A program made the translations under genes and the position numbers. This document shows positions 28,728-43,329 of a DNA stretch of 64,000 nucleotides, piece by piece. Where the stretch lies: positions 13,020,001 through 13,084,000 of the forward strand of contig OZ024752.1 in NCBI GenBank assembly GCA_964016885.1, read 5' to 3'. This DNA comes from Eledone cirrhosa. Taxonomy: Eukaryota. How positions within the stretch are numbered: position 1 is the first letter of the stretch; each line of letters starts with the position of its first letter. The notes under the pieces were generated by a model. The model worked only from the letters and a program-made list of their open reading frames with translations, ran no database searches and was not told the DNA's origin.

Positions 28728-29175
28728 GGCACATGGCTTAGTAGTTAGAGCATTGGGCTTGCAATTGAAAGGTTGGGAGTTCAATTCTCGGACTGGGTGA
28801 TGTGTTGTTTCCTTGAGCAAGACACTTTATTTCACATTGCTCCAGTTTACTCAGCTGTAGAAATGAGATGATAGGGACTGGGGTCCCTATCATTCCACTG
28901 CAAAGTGGTCATGGAGGTGCCACGGCAAAAAAGCACCCAGCCCACACTGTAAAGTGGACGTGTAGGCGCCACGGAAAAAAAGCACCCAGCACTCGCTGTA
29001 AATGAGGTTGGTGTTAGGAAGGGCATCCAGCTGTAGAAATCAAGCCAGAATCAGTTCCCGTATGAGCAAGAGAAGGTCACCCGACCTAGCAATCCCCACA
29101 ACAGGACAACCCATCTAACCCATGCTAGCATGGAAGAACGGACGTAAAACGGTGATGATAATGATGATGATGATG
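28728..29175 (+). mobile_element. Full-length tRNA-SINE (tRNA head + CORE-like + Meta-like domain + RTE family B tail)
   Basis: 'ggcacatggcttagtagttagagc...gagttcaattctc' (A/B boxes), 'ccttgagcaagacact', 'ggttggtgttaggaagggcatccagctgtag', tail nearly identical to 38100-38225, (GAT)n. Confidence 0.88.
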
Positions 29176-29687
29176 ACATTAGATTACTGCTTCCTGAACT
29201 CTGATCCCTTAGCTGTGCATCATTGGAAGTGGTAACAGATAAAATATATTGAGAGTGGGTCCAGGGCCAAAAACTAACAACTATCATTTAACCTTTTTAG
29301 GACTGATTTAAAGGGTGTGCTGTCGACAAATGGGCTTTTAAATCATAGGCTCTAAGTTCAAGGGGTTTAACCATACAATAGAGTCCAAACTGCATAAGTT
29401 GTCTATTTTGTACAAAACAGAGTAGTTATAGCAAAGACAGAGCATGCAAGCCATGTGGGCATGTGAGTCATCCCACATGAGACACGTAGAACAGTTCATA
29501 GTCACTTGATAGGGGAGGGGTGAACATGTGCACTAACAGACACGTGCGCCAGTCGAGTTCAATCTTCCCCACACTTCCTCCTTCAAGGAATTGATGTCAA
29601 AGTCAAGGAGGTAAGATGGTGCCACCATGCAAGAATTTTGAGGGATTTACTAAAATTATCAATTATTTCATTACTAAGATTTCTTAC

Positions 29688-29750
29688 TTAAAGCACATTC
29701 TCCATAATGCCACTTCACATTTGAAGTTACAGAGGTCTGTTGAAGACAGC
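29688..29750 (-). other. Candidate 63-nt internal exon (Cys-containing; open as CLQQTSVTSNVKWHYGECAL or LSSTDLCNFKCEVALWRMCF)
   Basis: Acceptor 'cattttgttaag', donor 'gtaaga', length divisible by 3, unique sequence. Confidence 0.3.
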
Positions 29751-29921
29751 CTTAACAAAATGATAGTGGATAACAGCAAATAAAAGGGGATGAATGCATA
29801 GATAGATAGATATATAAATAGATATATAGATAGATAGACAGACACATAATAGACTGACATTGTAGTAGCTTCATCAAGAAAGAAAATAGTTATATACATA
29901 AACATATTCATATATATATAT

Positions 29922-31177
29922 ATCATCATCATCATTATCATCATTTAACGTCCATCTTCCACACTTGCATGGGTTTGGACGGGAGTTTTCCCACTTGAGG
30001 CAAGATTGGTTGTCTTGCTCGTATAGGACTGTCTGGCGGGTTTTCTACGGCTGGATGCCCTTCCTAACACCAACCACATTTACAGTGTGGACTGGGAGGT
30101 TTTTACCGTGTTACCTACACGGCCACATTACAGCGTGGACTGTGTGTTTTTTTTTTGTGACACCTACACGACCTCATTTGTTTCAGACTGGATGTTGTGG
30201 TACCAACATAACTTTACATTGAAAGAGGTGGTGTGGATGGGGCGGGGGTGTAGTTTTGTTACTGACTGTAGGTTTCGCTTTGTACTTAGGCAAGGCGGGT
30301 CTTCTGTATTACTGAGTACCGCCAAAGATCTCAGTCCAGTGACATTGTCTTGGAGAGGTGTAAGTGTGTGAGGTCGGAATTTATCAAATCGTCCCAGGTT
30401 TTTCTGGGTCTGCCTACTCCGTGGCTACCGTCTATTTTTATCGCCCTGCAATTTTTTATACAGCTGTCGTCTTTCATGCGCTTCACATGACCATACCAAC
30501 GTAGTCTTCTCTCGAGTAAACAACATCTGATTCCTCTTATTCCTAATTTCTCCCTTAGTTCATTTATGCTTTGCCGTTCACGTATTACACGTCCAACGGA
30601 GCATGCAAGCTTCGTTCCTCTCCAGTCTGCGTATATCCTCTGCACACAATGCCCAGGTCTCACTGCCATGTAACATTGCTGTTCGTATGCAGGCATCATA
30701 CAGCCTGTCTTTCATTTTTAGAGAGAACCCTTTAGCGGCCAATAGTGGTATAGGCTCTCTGAACTTCTTCCATCCTGTTCTGACTCTAGCTACTGTACTT
30801 TCAGAGCACCCTCCCCCACTGCTGATTTTGTCACCCAGGTATCGGAAGGTGTCCACTATTTCTATAGAACCTTCTGTGCAATGGAATGGGCTAGTATTCT
30901 GTGGGCACTTGCTGCTACTTATTGCACCTGAGCACCGGCCACATATAAAATCTATATTCTTAGTTAGCTTACCTGTGATCCCACTACATGTTTTATGCAC
31001 CCATACTTTGCATTTGGGACATAAAATGAAGTTTCTGCCTACTCCTTTCATACACACTGAGCATGGCCATTTCCCAGATGGGACCGGTGCCCTATTTTCC
31101 TTCCTATAAACTAGAACTTTAGTCTTAGACAGGTTAATTTTAAGGCCTTTTGATTCTAGGCCATGCATCCATGTTTG
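29922..31177 (-). mobile_element. RTE family A, 5'-truncated, frameshifted
   Basis: Near-identical to 25875-27170; flanked by (TA)n on both sides. Confidence 0.92.
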
Positions 31178-31336
31178 ATATATATATATATAATTATATA
31201 TATATATATATATAAATATATATATGCATATATGCATATATATGGATATATACATACTTATGTATGCATATATATATATAAATATGTAGAAAAGATGAAT
31301 ATAAAATGAAAGTGCTTTTATAAAGGAATTTATTAG

Positions 31337-31456
31337 GTATTGACTTATGTTTCTGTAACAGACGGAATACCTATGTATCGCTGCTTGCGTAATCATATAA
31401 TGTTAGCAAGTATTCGATAGCAAATGTATAAACAGTTGTCACTTCTTCAGAGATAT
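31337..31456 (-). ncRNA. Degenerate type-I hammerhead motif (Penelope-like remnant)
   Basis: Minus strand: CTGAAGA, stem II gtgaca/tgttac around a long insert, GAAAC-ATAA-GTC; stem I is imperfect. Confidence 0.35.
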
Positions 31457-31756
31457 TGGATAAATTGGAAAAAATCAGAAAAATTAAAGTATTTATATTA
31501 GTTGTAAGAAAGGAAGAAGAGAAGGGATAGTATATGACAGATGGTAATTCAATTTACTGCTAAACAAGTATATAAAGGGTTTCTAATGAGAATACAATGA
31601 GTATATGGCTTATTTTATCTAAATAAGAATTTTTGGGTGTGCCAATTTTAATCTATATTTGACCAATTGAACAACGGTTTTTTGGTGTAGTAGTATTTAA
31701 TACAGATATAAAGTGTCCAGTAAGGAAGAGAGAGATTTTCACTGTTACTGTATAAC

Positions 31757-33180
31757 AGGATGTTTTGGGGATGTTTTTTCTGCTTACGTGGCACCGATGC
31801 TGCACATACTGTCCATATGGCGTTCAGGATGTTCTGGTGTATAGTGTTGACATCTAAAGAGTCGTAGAACTCAAGCCAGTTTAGACGTTGCAACTCGGTG
31901 CAGTAAGAGTTCCAGTCTGCTTTATTCCAGTCAAAGTGAGCAGTTTGGAGATGGTTGTGGTTCTTGTTACTGCCCATGAGGGATAGATTGGCAATGATTA
32001 TAGCATGATCAGAGTCACCTAAAGGTTCCTCAGCAGTAACACTAATGACCGTTTCAGGAGTAGTGGTGAATAGTAGGTCCAAAGTGTTGTCACCTCTTGT
32101 TGGGGAAGTGACTACTTAGGACCAGTTCGAGTCCAGCACTAGCTCAAGGAAGTCATTTGCACTTGGCGGCCAACAAAAGGTTTCCCAGTCAATCTCAGGG
32201 CGATTGAAGTCACCTGCAATAAAAACATAAGTGGCTGTTTTCCTGGCAGCAACTCCGAGGATATCACAAAGTTGAGTATCCTGATGGTAATTTGGGGGAT
32301 GGTAAACGACTCCAAGTAGCAGTGTTGACATGGTCATACGTATATCGCAGAAAAATACTTCCTGCTGCGATTGCTTCAAATCAACACAAGGAAATGCTGA
32401 AAAATTTGACCGAATGTAGACAATTACACCGCCACCTCAACGATTAATGTGGTCTTTACGAAACAAGTTGTAGTGAGTTATGCTGAAAACTCCATCACAG
32501 AGTAAGGAATGTGCCTATGTTTCCGTGACTGTAATGAAGTCAGGGTTGATACTTTTGATGTAGGAGTCAAAAAGATGAATCTTATTGCATAGACTACGTG
32601 CATTCAAGGACAACAATTTGTACCTTGATTCCAGTCTATGATTATGTGCAGAGGATGGCAGGTTGTTCTGATTTAGTTTCCCAGAGTTTTTTCAGTTTTT
32701 TTATTGTCAGTTGTTGTGGGTACAGTGTTTTCAGACCAGCTGGTATCTCTTTTCCATGTTTCAACAGCCTTAATAAACTTCATATCTGACCATCATCACG
32801 TAGGCTGAAGCTTTCATGTTCTGCCAAGCTATGCTTTAAGGAATCTGTAGCACGCAGCTTTGGGCGGACATCAGGTGGAAGACCAGGGTATGTTCGGAAG
32901 GCAATCCAACTTTCACGGCTAGATTTATCAGATGCCAAAAGATATGAATGTGCTTCAGTTGAGTTCGAAAAAGACAGTCTAATTAGCCTGGGTTTTGGAC
33001 CTGGTCGGCCAAGGCGTAGAGCACCCTTCATGGGAGCACAGCCCAAGTCTTTGAATGAACTGGCAGCAAATGTCTGAAGATCAACTATAACTTCTGGTAC
33101 ACCAATGGCAATCACTTCGTAGTTTACAGATTCAGTGGCGTTCTCAATGCGTCAAGATTCGGCAAGAGGTACGCGGAGAT
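31757..33180 (-). mobile_element. CR1-clade LINE 5' part (ORF1 remnant + APE endonuclease), same family as 22231-24537
   Basis: ORF1-like 'LRLGRPGPKPRLIRLSF'; APE motifs NARSLCNK, FRKD..GGGV, VYHPP, AGDFN, LDLLFT, LGDSDH; ~250 bp homologous to 24280-24537. Confidence 0.85.
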
Positions 33181-33225
33181 TTTTTAACATATACATATAT
33201 ATATATGCATATATACATACTTATA

Positions 33226-33290
<65 letters not shown>

Positions 33291-33292
<2 letters not shown>

Positions 33293-33447
33293 CATCATCA
33301 TCATCATCATCATCAATGTTTAACGTCCGTGTTCCACGCTTGCATGGGTTTGGACGGGGGTAGTCCCACTTGAGGCAAGAGTGATTGTCTTGCTCGCATA
33401 GGACTGTCTGGCAGGTTTTCTACAGTTGGATGCCCTTCCTAACACCA
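33291..33447 (-). mobile_element. RTE family A 3'UTR fragment
   Basis: Homologous to 25878-26025. Confidence 0.8.
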
Positions 33448-33480
33448 ATATATATATATATGCATATATGTATATATGAA

Positions 33481-34785
33481 TATAGAGGAGCAGTCAGCAA
33501 AGTTAGAGTTAGCAATGACTATAGTGAGGAATTTAGCATACATTTAGTATCCACCAGGGCTCTGTTCTTAGCCCTCTCCTGTTCATTATAGTTTTGCAGG
33601 CAATAACGGAGGAGTTTAAGACTGGATGCCCATGGGAACTCCTATATGCGGATGATCTCGCATTTATAGCTGAATACATTGTGGAACTAGAGAAGAAATT
33701 CCAAACATGGAACCAGGGACTATAAAGAAAGGGTCTCAAAGTCAACCTGACAAAGACGAGAAAACAGAACTCAGATCCCCTCAGGGAAATGGCCTTGCTC
33801 AGTATGTAGGAAAGGTGTAGGTAGGAACTCCATCCTCTGCCCCAAATGCAAACAATGGGTACACAAGAGATGTAGTGGGACCTCAGGAAGTTTAACTAAG
33901 AATGTAGGCTTCATATGCAGCTGTGCTGGGACAGCAAGCAGCAAACAGCCACAGGAAACAAGTACCACCAATCTCTGGGAGGGCTCTGTAGAAACAGTAG
34001 ACAGCTTCTGCTACCTAGGTGACCGAATTAGCAGCGGAGGTGGGTGTTCAGAAAGTACAATAACTAGGGTAAGAACGGGATGGAAGAAGTTCAGGGAACT
34101 ACTGCCACTGCTAGCTGCAAAAGGCTTTTCCCTCAAAATGAAAGTATGATGCGTGTATACGAACAGCAATGTTACATGGTAGTGAGACCTGGGCGCTGTC
34201 TGTAGAAGACTTGCGCAGATTAGAAAGAAACGAAGCTTGCATGCTCCGATGGATGTGTAACAGTAATATATATGAACGGCAAAGCATAAACGAATTGAGA
34301 GAGAGACTGAGCATAAGAGGAATCAAATGCTGTGTGCAGGAGAAGAGGTTACATTGGTATGGGACATGTGATGCGTATGAAGGATGGCAGCTGTATAAAA
34401 AGGTGTAGAGCACTAGAGGTCAATGGAAACCGTGGAGTGTGGAGACCCAAGAAGACCTGGGATGAGGTGATAAATGCCGACCTTACCCAATTACACCTCT
34501 CAAAGGCGATGACACATGACCGTGACCTCTGGCATAATACAGAGTACCCGACCTCCCACGGGTACAAGCCGAAGCTGAAGCATATTGACAATATGCCCCC
34601 ACACCCTCCCACTGCAAAGTGGTTGTGAAGGTGCCACGGCAAAAAAGCACCCAGCCCACACTGTAAAGTGGACGGGTAGGCATTACGGAAAAAAAGCACC
34701 CAGCACTCGCTGTAAATGAGGTTGGTGTTAGGAAGGGCATCCAGCTGTAGATAACAAGCCAGAATCAGTTCTTGTATGAGCAAGA
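33481..34785 (+). mobile_element. RTE family B, truncated and decayed
   Basis: Homologous to 36800-38125 (YADD, PHD-like segment, GSETW, 3'UTR). Confidence 0.9.
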
Positions 34786-35060
34786 CATCCATCTCCACAT
34801 CATGCAAATCTCTCAGATCCCTCGGCAGCTTGAAGAGGAGTTGAGGGCCCTTGAATCCCAGGTTATTGCAATATCTGCTCCTTATTATAGATGTGGAAGA
34901 CGGGACCTTTGGCACCACACAGTGACATCCTGTTCGACGGTTGGTCCAGCTCCCAATGCCAAAGTTTGATGGTAGTCCCTCCAGGATTTTCCACATGTAG
35001 ATCACTACGTATCTCTCCTGTCTTCGTTCCAAGGAGTAGAGGTTCAGTTCATTTAGCCGC
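34786..35060 (-). mobile_element. CR1/L2-group LINE ORF2 C-terminal fragment
   Basis: 'LERRQERYVVIYMWKILEG...KGPQLLFKLPRDLR' resembles the post-RT region of CR1/L2-type ORF2. Confidence 0.6.
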
Positions 35061-35126
35061 TGAATATATATTCATATATATATTCATATATATATGTATA
35101 CAAGTGGGTAGATATATATATATATA

Positions 35127-38100
35127 CAAGTGGGTAGATAAAGTAATCTCAGTGAACAGGGTAAATGCAAGAATCATTAAACTCAGACTAATCCTAAATA
35201 AAACAATTACCACAATAATATCAGCTTACACACCCCAATAGGGGTTGCCAGACGAACTTAAGGATAGGTTTTACGAGTCCCTAATGCACACTACTGCTCT
35301 AACAAACGACAATGACTTCCTAATCATTGCAGAAGATTTTAACGGACATGTAGGTAAACACTGTGACGGCTTCAATAGAGTCCATGGAGGCCATGGGGTT
35401 GGCACAAGAAATGAAGAAGGATTAAGACTTCTAGAATTCTGCGACGCCAATGACAGGTCGATATGTAACACAAACTTCAAAAAACCCGACAACCACCTGA
35501 TCACCTATAGATCAGGGGAGGATTCTAGTCAGATAGATTTTATCCTCATCAGAGGACATGACAGATGGACGGTCGTAAACACAAAAGCCTTCCCCAGTGA
35601 GGAATGTACCTCCCAACATAGCTTAGCTGTCAGCGACCTCACGGTCAGAACTAGACGAACCTGGAAACAGAGGCCAACCTGGAGAAGAAAGATCTGGAAG
35701 CTGAAAGACCCCTGAGCCAGTAACAGATTTAAAGATATATTACTCAACGCCTACGACAGTAAAGAAGAACAGATAGAGACATTCAATGTAGAAGAGCACT
35801 GGGGGTTCCTAAAAAATAACTTACTAGAGGCGACGGATAAGATCTGTGGCTGGAGTAAGACCACAAGCAGGAGGAGAGTGACTTGGTGGTGGAACAATAA
35901 GGTAGATGAGACAGTTAAGGCCAAGAGACAGGCATAGAAAAAATGGAAGAACGGGGGAAGCAGGGTACATTACATAGAGACCAAGAGGGAAGCTAGGTGA
36001 CAAGTATACTTAACTAGGAGGCAAGCAGAGGATAGAAAATTCAAGCATGTTTTGCAACATGAGGACCAGAAACAGGAGGTGTTCAAGATTGCGAGGCAGT
36101 GTGTCAGAGAGAATTGTGATGTCATTGGAGAGAAGTGTATCCAAAATGATAAAGGTGAGCTTGCCCTCACAAGTGCTGAGAAGAAAGATGCATGGAAGAG
36201 CCATTATTATAGATTATTAAATGAGGAGAATGCATGGGAAGAAGAGACCCTACCCCAAGTAGACCCTATAGAGGGGCCAGCAGTACAAGTCAACAGCAGC
36301 GTAGTAAGTAAGGCAATCAAAGATATGAAGATGGGTATAGCTGCCGAGATGCTGAAGGCATCTGGGTCTGTAGGTCACACTATAACCACACGTATCGTTA
36401 ACTAGGTAATACTAGAAGGGGCCATACCAAAAGATTGGTGCAGTAGCATTATTGTCAACTGCTACAAAGGTAAAGGTGATGCACTAGATAGAGGAAATTA
36501 TAGAGGTATGAAGCTGATAGACCAGGTCATGAAAGTAACAGAAAGAGTTATAGCACAGTTGATTAGGGACAGGATGAAACTAGATGAGATACAATTTGGG
36601 TTTGTACCAGGAAGAGGCACCACTGATGCCCTCTTCCTTGTTAGGCAGTTACAGGAAAAGTACTTAGCTAAAAGTAAGCCACTCTACCTGGCATTCGTCG
36701 ATATCGAGAAAGCCTTTGACAGAGTTCCACGTGCTATAATCTGGTGGGCTCTTAGAAAACTAGGAGTAGATGAATGGCTTGTGAAAGCTGTGCAAGCCAT
36801 GTATAGGCGAGCAGTCAGCAAAGTTAGGATTAGCAATGAGAATAGCGAGGAATTTAGCATACAGGTTGGTGTCCACCAGGGCTCTGTTCTTAGTCTTCTC
36901 CTGTTCATCATAGCCTGCAGGCAATAACGGAGGAGTTTATGACCGGATGTCCATGCAGATGACCTCGCACTTATAGCTGAATCTATGGTAGAGCTAGAGA
37001 AGAAATTCCAAACTTGGAAGCAGGGACTAGAAAGAAAGGGTCTCAAAGTCAACCTGACAAAGACTAAGGTCCTTGTAAGTAGACGAGAAAACAGAACCCA
37101 GATCCCCTCAGGGAAATGGCCTTGCTCAGTATGTAGGAAAGGTGTAGGTAGGAACTCCATTCTCTGCCCCAAATGCAAACAATGGGTACATAAGAGATGT
37201 AGCGGGATCTCAGGAAGCTTAATTAAGAATGTAGGCTTCACATGCAGCAGCTGTGCTGGGACAGCAATCAGCAAACAGCCACAGGAAACAAGTACCACCA
37301 ATCTCTGGGAGGGCTCTGTAGAAACAGTAGACAGCTTCTGCTACCTAGGTGATGGATTTAGTAGCGGAGGTGGGTGTTCAGAAAGTACAATAACTAGGGT
37401 AAGAACGGGATGGAAGAAGTTCAGGGAACTACTGCCATTGCTAGCTGCAAAAGGCTTCTCCCTCAAAATGAAAGGCAGACTGTATGATGCGTGTATACGA
37501 ACAGCAATGTTACATGGTAGTGAGACCTGGGCGCTGAAGGTGGTAGACTTACGTAGATTAGAAAGAAACGAAGTCTGCATGCTCCAATGGATGTGTAATA
37601 GTAATATACGTGAACGACAAAGCATAAATGAATTGAGAGAGAGACTGAGCATAAGAGGAATCAAATGCTGTGTGCAGGAGAGGCGGTTGCGTTGGTATGG
37701 ACATGTGATGCGTATGAAGGATGACAGCTGCATAAAAAGGTGCAGAAGAGCACTAGAAGTCATTGGAAACCGCAGAGTGGGGAGATCCAAGAAGACCTGG
37801 GATGAGGTGATAAAAGCCGACCTTACCCAATTACACCTCTCAAAGGCAATGACACACGACCGTGACTTCTGGCGTCACGTAGTAACACAGAGTACCCGAC
37901 CTCCCATGGGTACAAGCTGAAGCATATAGTCAATATGCCCCCACACCCTCCCACTGCAAAGTGGTCGTGGATGTGCCACGGCAAAAACGCACCCAGCCCA
38001 CACTGTAAACTAGACGTGTAGGCGCCACGGAAAAAAAGCACCCAGCACTCACTGTAAATGAGGTTGGTGTTAGCAAGGGCATCCAGCTGTAGAAATCAAG

Positions 38101-38229
38101 CCAGAATCAGTTCCTGTATGAGCAAGGCATGGTCAGCCGACCAGACACTGCCCACAACAGGACAACCCGTCTAACCCATGCTATCATGGAAGAACGGACG
38201 TAAAACGGTGATGATGATGATTATGATGA
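35127..38229 (+). mobile_element. RTE family B, near full-length but decayed (APE-RT-PHD-like-C-term + 3'UTR)
   Basis: ISAYTPQ, DFNGHVG, SQIDFIL, QFGFVPGRGTTDA, DIEKAFDRV, GVHQGSVLS; ORF 36985-37920; in-frame stops and frameshifts; (GAT)n tail. Confidence 0.93.
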
Positions 38230-38232
38230 TTC

Positions 38233-38580
38233 ATAGTTAAAGAATGAAGAGTAACGTGGTTGGCTGTAGAATAAGGGGCTTTATTTAAAGTACTGACAAT
38301 TGTTTCGTTGATCAGGTGAATCTAGAGTTCGTTAATCGCTTGAAGTTGCGTCACTCGATCTCCAATACATTATTTACCTCTGGTCAACACATCAGAGTAC
38401 GCAGATATCTATGTACTCTGATGAGTTGACCAGAGGTAAATAATGTATTGGAGACCGAGTGACGCAACCTCAAGCGATTAACGAACTCTAGATTCACCTG
38501 ATCAACGAAACAATTGTCAGTACTTTAAATAAAGCCCCTTATTCTACAGGCAACCACGTTACTCTTCATTCTTTAACTAT
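38233..38580. repeat. ~348-bp spacerless palindrome (inverted Penelope-like pseudo-LTR)
   Basis: Arms of ~174 bp are near-perfect reverse complements centred on 'agatatct' (38403-38410). Confidence 0.95.
38413..38523 (+). ncRNA. Type-I hammerhead ribozyme motif (minimal helix III, long helix II)
   Basis: gtact-CTGATGA-gttga...tcaac-GAAAC-AATT-GTC-agtac. Confidence 0.75.
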
Positions 38581-38802
38581 TATTAATCCAAATATAACCT
38601 GCATAGAAATTACCGCTAACTCGCTGCAAAACTATGGAAACCTCTTGTTGAGGCAAACAAAACCGTACGTTAAAACTATCCATGACACAGAGTACTCACA
38701 ACCTCTACATATATATATATGTATAGTTTTACAGTTAATATGGGGGCTTAATTTACAGATTATATATTTCTTATCTATACATATTTCTTATCTATACATA
38801 TT

Positions 38803-39400
38803 AACTGTAAAACTAGAAATGTAATATATAGCATAGGATGTACTGAAGGACAATGTAGAGATAAAAATATAGTGTACATAGGTGAGACAGCTCGTAGTAT
38901 AGGGGAACGGATAAATGAACATTGGCGAGACTTTCAAGATAGTAAAGAATCATCTGTACTCTACCAACATGCTAAAATAGATCATAAGGGTAAATTAGAG
39001 AACATAAAAATAAAAATAAAAATAGAATCTACACACCGAAAAGACGCAATGTTTAGACAAATCCCAGAGGCAATAAACATAAATGAACTCCAACCAAAAT
39101 TAATTAGAAAACATGAATGGAACAGCAACATCACAACTTACAATTAAGGACAAAATGAAAACACACACACGCACATAGGACAAACAACCAACCAGTAACA
39201 TGTAAATAAACAAATAAATAAAAAAATATAAACACACACAGACACCCGGATGTAACACATGGGCAAACTAAGCACACAACACACACAAAAACAAGATGGC
39301 GTAGGACAGAACAAAGGAGAGGCACAAAAACACAGAAAATAATCCCCGGTCACTGGAGAGGTCACAGAATATGTGACGAAAGAACTTTGACAATATATAA
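38803..39400 (+). mobile_element. Penelope-like element 3' fragment: GIY-YIG endonuclease + 3' region
   Basis: NCKTRNVIYSIGCTEGQC...VYIGETARSIGERINEH...SVLYQH...EAININELQPKL; hammerhead-like motif downstream. Confidence 0.88.
39349..39391 (+). ncRNA. Minimal hammerhead motif with a core substitution (CTGGAGA)
   Basis: gtca-CTGGAGA-g-gtcac(agaatat)gtgac-GAAA-gaactt-tgac, at the expected PLE 3' position. Confidence 0.55.
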
Positions 39401-39909
39401 ACAATCATCTGGTTGTGGAACCAACCAACCAACCGGAAATTTATAAATTCCTAAATTAACCCGCCATTGAACCACACTGGCATTTGGTTGGACAATACAT
39501 GCGTACCTCGGCGCCTTGTGCGTGAAGGAACGTATTTCCTATTACTACTACCTCCACTAACGTTGAGAACAAATTTGGTCGTCCTGACTGCTGCTAGCAA
39601 TAGCTGTGGCTAGTTTGACCTACCTCCTTTTGCCTCTATCTTTGCTACGGCCCTTGATAAACCTGTTCTACATCATCCACTCTCATCCCAGGAACAGTTT
39701 TTGATAGCGCTAGTTTGTGATTTAAATTCAGGAATTTTATATTCTTTGAATGAAAAGAACCTTCTGACGAGAATCTTTCTTTGCAACGAAGGCCGTATGG
39801 TCTCCGTTTTATTTTTGGGATTCGAAACCGATCGGTAAAGGTAACTATAGTAGGTAAAGTCAATTTTTTTAAATTTATTTTGAAACTTTTTCATTATTTA
39901 CTAAACCTT

Positions 39910-41610
<1,701 letters not shown>

Positions 41611-41630
41611 TATGTATATATATATATATG

Positions 41631-41665
<35 letters not shown>

Positions 41666-41883
41666 TATATATATTTATATATTAGATATTAGGTATTAAA
41701 TTAACAATGAAAATATAAACAACAATGTCAAGTTATTTTACCTATTCATATCAATTTTTTACGATCGTTTCGGAGGGTCGAACATATTGAGATATTGACT
41801 GATCTATAGCAGTTATATAACTGCATACTATCAAACATCATATATTGGTTCGATCAGACCGTCTGCTCTGCAAACAATATTTA

Positions 41884-42110
<227 letters not shown>

Positions 42111-42481
42111 TGTTTCTACCTTTTGGCACAAGGCCAGCAATCATCCAGTGCATTACTGGTACTTTATTTTACATATATATATACATATCTATATATATAT
42201 ATACATACTATATATAGAGTCATAAACTCAAACAGTCTTTTACAATTAAATAGCTCAAAGAAAGAGGTATTTCTGAGCCGTGAAATACAAATTAATATAA
42301 ATTAATATATGATAACAAACACTTACATAATTGTATTAGTGTTTATCATATATTAATTTGTATATATAAATATATATATATAAATATGTATATATATATA
42401 TATAACAAAGGAATTGTGGTAAGGAACCAGATGGACCATAACGCACCAGAGTACTCAATACTTAGGGTAGTAGAGTGGGAA

Positions 42482-42588
42482 ATAGGAAAAAAGTATGACC
42501 CCGACGGCAGAGCTCAAGCCGTTTCGACGGCTATTTCTGGACTGTCGAAACGGCTTGAGCTCTGCCGTTGGGGGTCATACTTTTTTCC

Positions 42589-42591
<3 letters not shown>
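42482..42591. repeat. ~50-bp-arm inverted repeat; each arm carries the 3' half of a hammerhead (GAAAC-GGC...GCC-GTY)
   Basis: ataggaaaaaagtatgaccccgacggcagagctcaagccgtttcgac / gtcgaaacggcttgagctctgccgttgggggtcatacttttttcctat. Confidence 0.85.
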
Positions 42592-42621
<30 letters not shown>

Positions 42622-42624
42622 GAA

Positions 42625-42659
<35 letters not shown>

Positions 42660-42923
42660 TCTGACAGTATTTTAGATCAACAGTGAGACACCATCAAGTT
42701 TAAGTGAAATTTCCTCACATGAGGAGACAGTTCATGTCCTATGTAGGACACAGCAAATTATAATAAATAAACAACATAACTTACTGCTTACTGCTGGTAA
42801 TGTTGCAGATGTCAACAGTTTTTGGGAACTGAAGTATCACATCTCTAACCAAGTAAATAACATCCTACTTACTGACAATCTGGACCAATTATATGACAGC
42901 ATATGTATCGGTGTATGTATGTT

Positions 42924-43210
<287 letters not shown>

Positions 43211-43329
43211 TCCTTGAGCAAGACACTTTATTTCACATTGCTCCAGTTTACTCAGTTATAAAAAATATTTTAGCTTGTATCCCAACAAATTAAATATAAC
43301 CTCTGCATATCTATCTATCTATCTATCTA

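Noticed and set aside
28728-28800. tRNA genes
   Set aside because: A/B-box heads continue into SINE bodies and I could not fold a full cloverleaf; these are SINE heads
41755-41870. Hammerhead on the minus strand (GAAAC-GATC-GTA)
   Set aside because: The 5' CUGANGA half is absent; kept only as a half motif
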